Assembly (NCBI RefSeq): GCF_009914755.1
Contig: NC_060932.1
DNA from: the human T2T-CHM13v2.0 reference genome, Homo sapiens
Length of the DNA: 64,000 bases
Reading direction: 5' to 3' (one strand)
The translations under genes and the position numbers were made by a program. Below the pieces are notes generated by a model. The model was not told where the DNA came from. It worked only from the letters and a program-made list of their open reading frames with translations, and ran no database searches. Positions 59,111-64,000 of this stretch are shown here, piece by piece (position 1 is the first letter of the stretch; each line of letters opens with the position of its first letter).

Positions 59111-61310
59111 CTTTTTATTTTTTTATTTCAATAGTTTTTGGGGAACCAGTGGTGCTTGGTTACATGGATAAGTTCTTTAGTGGTGATTTCTGAGACGTTG
59201 GTGCACCCATCATCTGAGCAATGTACACTGTACCTAATGTGTAGGCTTTCATTCCTCGCCCCCTCTTCCTCCCCGCTCCCCCAAGTCCCCAAAGTCCATC
59301 ATATCATTCTTATACCTCTGTGTCCTCATAGCTTGGCTCCCACTTATAAGTGAGAACAAATGATGTTTGGTTGTCCATTCCTGAGTTATTTCAGTTAGAA
59401 TAATGGTCTCCAACTCCATCCAGGTTGCTGCAAATGCCATTTTTTCATTCCTATTTATGGCTGAGTAGTATTCCATGCTGTGTGTATATATATATATCTC
59501 TATATATATGACATTTTCTTCATCCACTCGTTGGTTGATGGGCATTTAGACTGCTTCCATATTTTTGGAATTGTGCTGCTATAAACATATGTGTGCAAGT
59601 GTCTTTTTTCATACAATGACTTCTTTTTCTTTGGGTACTCAGTAGTGGGATTGCTGGATCAAATGGTAGTTCTACTTTTAGTCCTTTAAGGAATCTCCAA
59701 ACTGTTTTCCATAGTGATTGTACTACTTTACATTCCCACCAGCAGTGTAAAAGTGTTCCCTTTTCACCATGTCCACGCCAACATCTGTCATTTTTTGATT
59801 ATGGCCATTCTTGCAGGAGTAAAGTGGTATATTCTTGTGGTTTTGATTTACATTTACCTGATAACTAGTGATGTTGAACATTTTTTCATATGTTTGTTGG
59901 ACATTTGCATATCTTCTTTTGAGAATTGTCTGTTCATGTCCTTTACCCACTTTTTGATGGGATTATTTGTTTTTTCTTGCTGATTTGTTTGAGTTCCTTG
60001 TAGATTCTGAATATTAGTTTTTGTTGGATGCATAGATTGTGAAGATTTTCTCCCACTCTGTGGGTTGTCTGTTTACTTTACTGATTATTTCTTTCGCTGT
60101 AGAGAAGCTTTTTAGTTTAATTAGGTCCCATCTATTTATTTCTGTTTTTGTTGCATTTGTTTTTGGGTTTTTGATCGTGAACTCTTTTCCTAAGCCAATA
60201 TTTAGAAGAGTTTTTCCAAAGTTATTTTCTAGAATTTTTAGGGTTTCAGGTCTTAGATTTAAGTCTTCAATCCATCTTGAGTTGAGTTTTGTATAAGGTG
60301 AGAGATGAAGATCCAGTTTCATTTTTCTACATGTGGCTTGCCAAATATCCTAGCATCATTTGTTGAATAGGGTGTCATTTCCCCACTTTATGTTTTTGTT
60401 TGCTTTGCTGAAGATCAGTTGGCTGTAAGTATTTGGCTTTATTTCTGGGTCCTCTATTCTGTTCCATTGGTCTATGTGCCTATTTTTATATCAGTAACAT
60501 GCTGTTTTGGTAACTATAGCCTTGTGATATAATTTGAAGTTGGGCAATGTGATTCCCCCAGATTTGTTCTTTTGCTTAGTCTTGCTTTGGCTATGTGGGC
60601 TCTTTTTTGGTTCCATATAAATTTCAGGAATTTTTTTCTAGTTCTGTGAAGAATGATGGTGGTATTTTGATGGGAATTACATTGAATCTGTAGATTGCTT
60701 TTGGCAGTATGGTCATTTTTAAAATACTGATTTTACCTATCCATGAGCATGGGATATGTTTCCATTTGTTTGTGTCATCTATGATTTATTTCAGCAGTGT
60801 TTTGTAGTTTTTCTTGTAGAAGTCTTTCACCTCCTTGGTTAGGTATATTCCTAAGTATTTTATTTTTTGCAGCTGTTGTAAAGGGAATTGAATTCTTGGT
60901 TTGATTCTCAGCTTGGTCCCTGTTGGTGGATAGCAGTGCTACTGATTTGTGTACATTGATTTTGTATCCTGAAACTTTACTGAATTCATTGATCAGATCT
61001 AGGAGGATTTTGGATGAGTCTTTAGGGTTTTCTAGGTATATGATCATATCGCTGGCGATCAGTGACAGTTTGACTTCTTTTTTACTTATTTGGATGACCT
61101 TTGTTTCCTTCTCTGGCCTGATTGCTCTGGCTAGGACTTCCAGTACCATGTTGAATAGCAGTGGTGAAAGTGGGCATCCTTGTCTTGTTCCAGTTCTCAG
61201 GAGGAATGCTTTCAACTTTTTCCCATTCAGTATAATGTTAGCTGTGGGTTTGTCATATATGGCTTTTATTATCTTGAGGTATGTCCCTTCTATGCCAATT
61301 TTGCTAAAGG

Positions 61311-61616
61311 TTTTTTTTTATTTTTATTTTTTGAGATGGAGTCTCACTCTGTCACCTAGGCTGACGTGCAGTGGGAGTGATCTTGGCCCACTGCAACCTC
61401 TGTCTCCTGGGTTCTAGTGATTCTTCTGCCTCAGCCTCCTGAGTAGCTGGGATTACAGGTGCCCACCACCATGCCCAGCTAATTTTTGTATTTTTAGTAT
61501 AGACAGGATGTCAACATGTTGGCCAGGCTGGTCTTGAAGTCCTGACCTCAGGTGATCCATTACCTTGGCCTCCCAAAGTGCTGTGATTACAGGTGTGAGC
61601 CACTGCACCCAGCCCT
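61311..61616 (-). mobile_element. AluS (Sx-like) inserted in L1PB ORF2
   Basis: Full reverse dimer, with a degenerate TSD TGCTAAAGGTTTT / TGCTGAGGATTTT. Confidence 0.92.
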
Positions 61617-63445
61617 GCTGAGGATTTTAATCATAAAGGATGCTGGATTTTGTCAAATGCCTTTCTGCATCAATTGAGATTATCATGTGATTTTTGTTTT
61701 TAATTCTATTTATGTGAGGTATCACATTCATTGACTTGCATGTGTTAAAGCATCTCTGCATCACTAGTATGAAACCTACTTGAACATGGTGGATTATCTT
61801 TTTGATATGCTGTTGGATTCAGTTAGCTACTATTTTGTTGAGGATTTTTACATCTATGTGCCTCAGGGATATTGGTCTGTAGTTTTCTTTTTTGTTATGT
61901 CCTCTTCTGGTTTTGGTATTAGGGTAAATACTGGCTTCATAGAATGATTTAGGGAGGATTCCCTCTTTTGGAATAGTTTCAGTAAGATTGGTACCAATTC
62001 TCCTTCGAATGTCTGGTAGAATTCAGCTGTGAATCCATCTGGTCCTGGACATTTTTTCTTGGCAATTTTAAAAAAATTACTGTTTCAATCTTGCCATTTG
62101 TTATTGGTCTGTTCAGAGTTTCTATTTCTTCCTGATTTAATCTAGGAGGGCTGTATATTTCCAATAATTTATCCATCTCTAGATTTTGTAGGTTGTGCAC
62201 ATAAAGGTGTTCATAGAAGACTTGAATGATCGTTTGTATTTCTGTGGTATCAGTTGTAATATCTCCCATTTCATTTCCAATTGAGCTTATTTGGATCTCC
62301 TTCCTTCTTTTCTTAGTTGATCTCTCTAATGGTCTATCAATTTTGTTTATCCTTTCAAAGAATCAGCTTTTTGTTTTATTTATCTTTTGTACATTTTTTG
62401 TTTGTTTGTTTCAGTTTCATTTAGTTCTGCTCTGATTTTTGTTATTTCTTTTCTTCTACTTGGTTTGGATTTGGTTTGTTCTTGTTTCTCTAGTTACTTG
62501 AAGTGTGACCTTGGATTGTATATTTGTGCTTAATTAGACTTCTCGATGTATTCATTTAATGTTATGAACTTTCCTCTTAGCATCACTTTTGCTGTATCCT
62601 AGAGGTTTTGATCAGCTATGTCACTACTATCATTCAGTTCAAACAAGTTTAAAATTTCCATATTGATTTCATTGTTGACCTAAAGATATTTCAAGAGCAG
62701 ATTATTTAATTTCCATGTATTTGTATAGTTTTGAGCATTCCTTTTGGAGTTAATTTCCAGTTTTAATCCACTGTGTTCAGAGAGGGTAACTGATATATTT
62801 TTGATTTTCTTAAATTTATTGAGACTTGTTTTGTGGCCTGTCATATGGTCTATCTTGGAGAATGTTTCATGTGCTGATGAAAAAAATGTATATTCTGCAG
62901 TTGTTGAGTAGAATGTTCTGTAAATATCTGTTAAGTCCATTTATTGTAGGGTATAGTTTAACTCCATTGTTTCTTTGTTGACTTTCTGTCTTGACAATCT
63001 GTCCAGTGCTGTCTGTGGACTATTGAAGTCCCCCCACTATTATTGTGTTGACATCTATGCCATTTCTTAGGTCCAGTAGTAATTGTTTTATAAATTTGGG
63101 AGCTCCAGTTTTAGGTGCACATATATTTAGGATTGTGATATTTTCCTGTTAGACCAGTCCTTTTATTATTATATAATGTCCCTCTTTGTCATTTTTAACT
63201 GCTGTTGCTTTAGAGTCTGTTTTGTCTGATATAAGAATAGCTACTCATGCTGGCTTTTGGTATCCATTTGCATGGAATATCTTTTTTCACCTCTTTACCT
63301 TAAGTTTATGTGAGCCCTTATGTGTTACTTGAGTTGAAGACAGCAGATACTTGGTTTGTGGATTTTAATCTATCTGTATCTTTTAAGTGGAGCATTTAGG
63401 CCATTTACATTTAATGTTAGTATTGATATGTGAGGGACTGTTTTA

Positions 63446-63734
<289 letters not shown>

Positions 63735-64000
63735 TCAAGATTTAGAACTCCTTTTAGCATTTCTTGTAGTGTTGGCTTGGTAGTGGTGAATTCTCTCAGC
63801 ATTTGTTTGTCTGAAAAAGATTTTCTTTCTCCTTCATTTATAAAGCTTAGTGTTGCTGGATATAAAATTATTGGCTAACAATGATTTTGTTTGAGGAGGC
63901 TAAAGATAGGACCCCCATCCCTTCTGACTTGTAGGGTTTCTACTGAGAAGTCTGCTGCTAATCTGATAGGTTTTCCTTTATAGATTGCCTGATGCTTTTG

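Overview
This is primate (human-like) genomic DNA, AT-rich and dominated by transposable elements. It looks intronic or intergenic, and I find no supportable host protein-coding exon, RNA gene or CRISPR array. Every recognisable ORF in the track is a decayed LINE-1, Alu or MaLR frame; the rest look like chance frames. The main landmarks are: a 5'-complete L1PA7-like element (+, 4947-10955) that has lost its endonuclease domain; a full-length L1PA5-like element (-, 38860-45131) with an open antisense ORF0; an L1PB-like element (-, 59115 to the window end); a complete two-LTR MSTB-like MaLR provirus (14982-17377); several solo LTRs (MER52, MER41A inside MER4, MLT1 types); DNA transposons (Tigger3a, MER1A, MER20, MER5); ten or so Alus; and old L2/MIR/L1M fragments. 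I did not find a convincing new biological system. The leads most worth checking are the intact ORF0 with a splice donor and a candidate downstream exon, a 202-bp local templated duplication inside an MLT1F LTR, and several fold-back or template-switch scars. Subfamily names come from recalled consensus sequences and have not been checked with RepeatMasker/Dfam. Boundaries of old elements are approximate.
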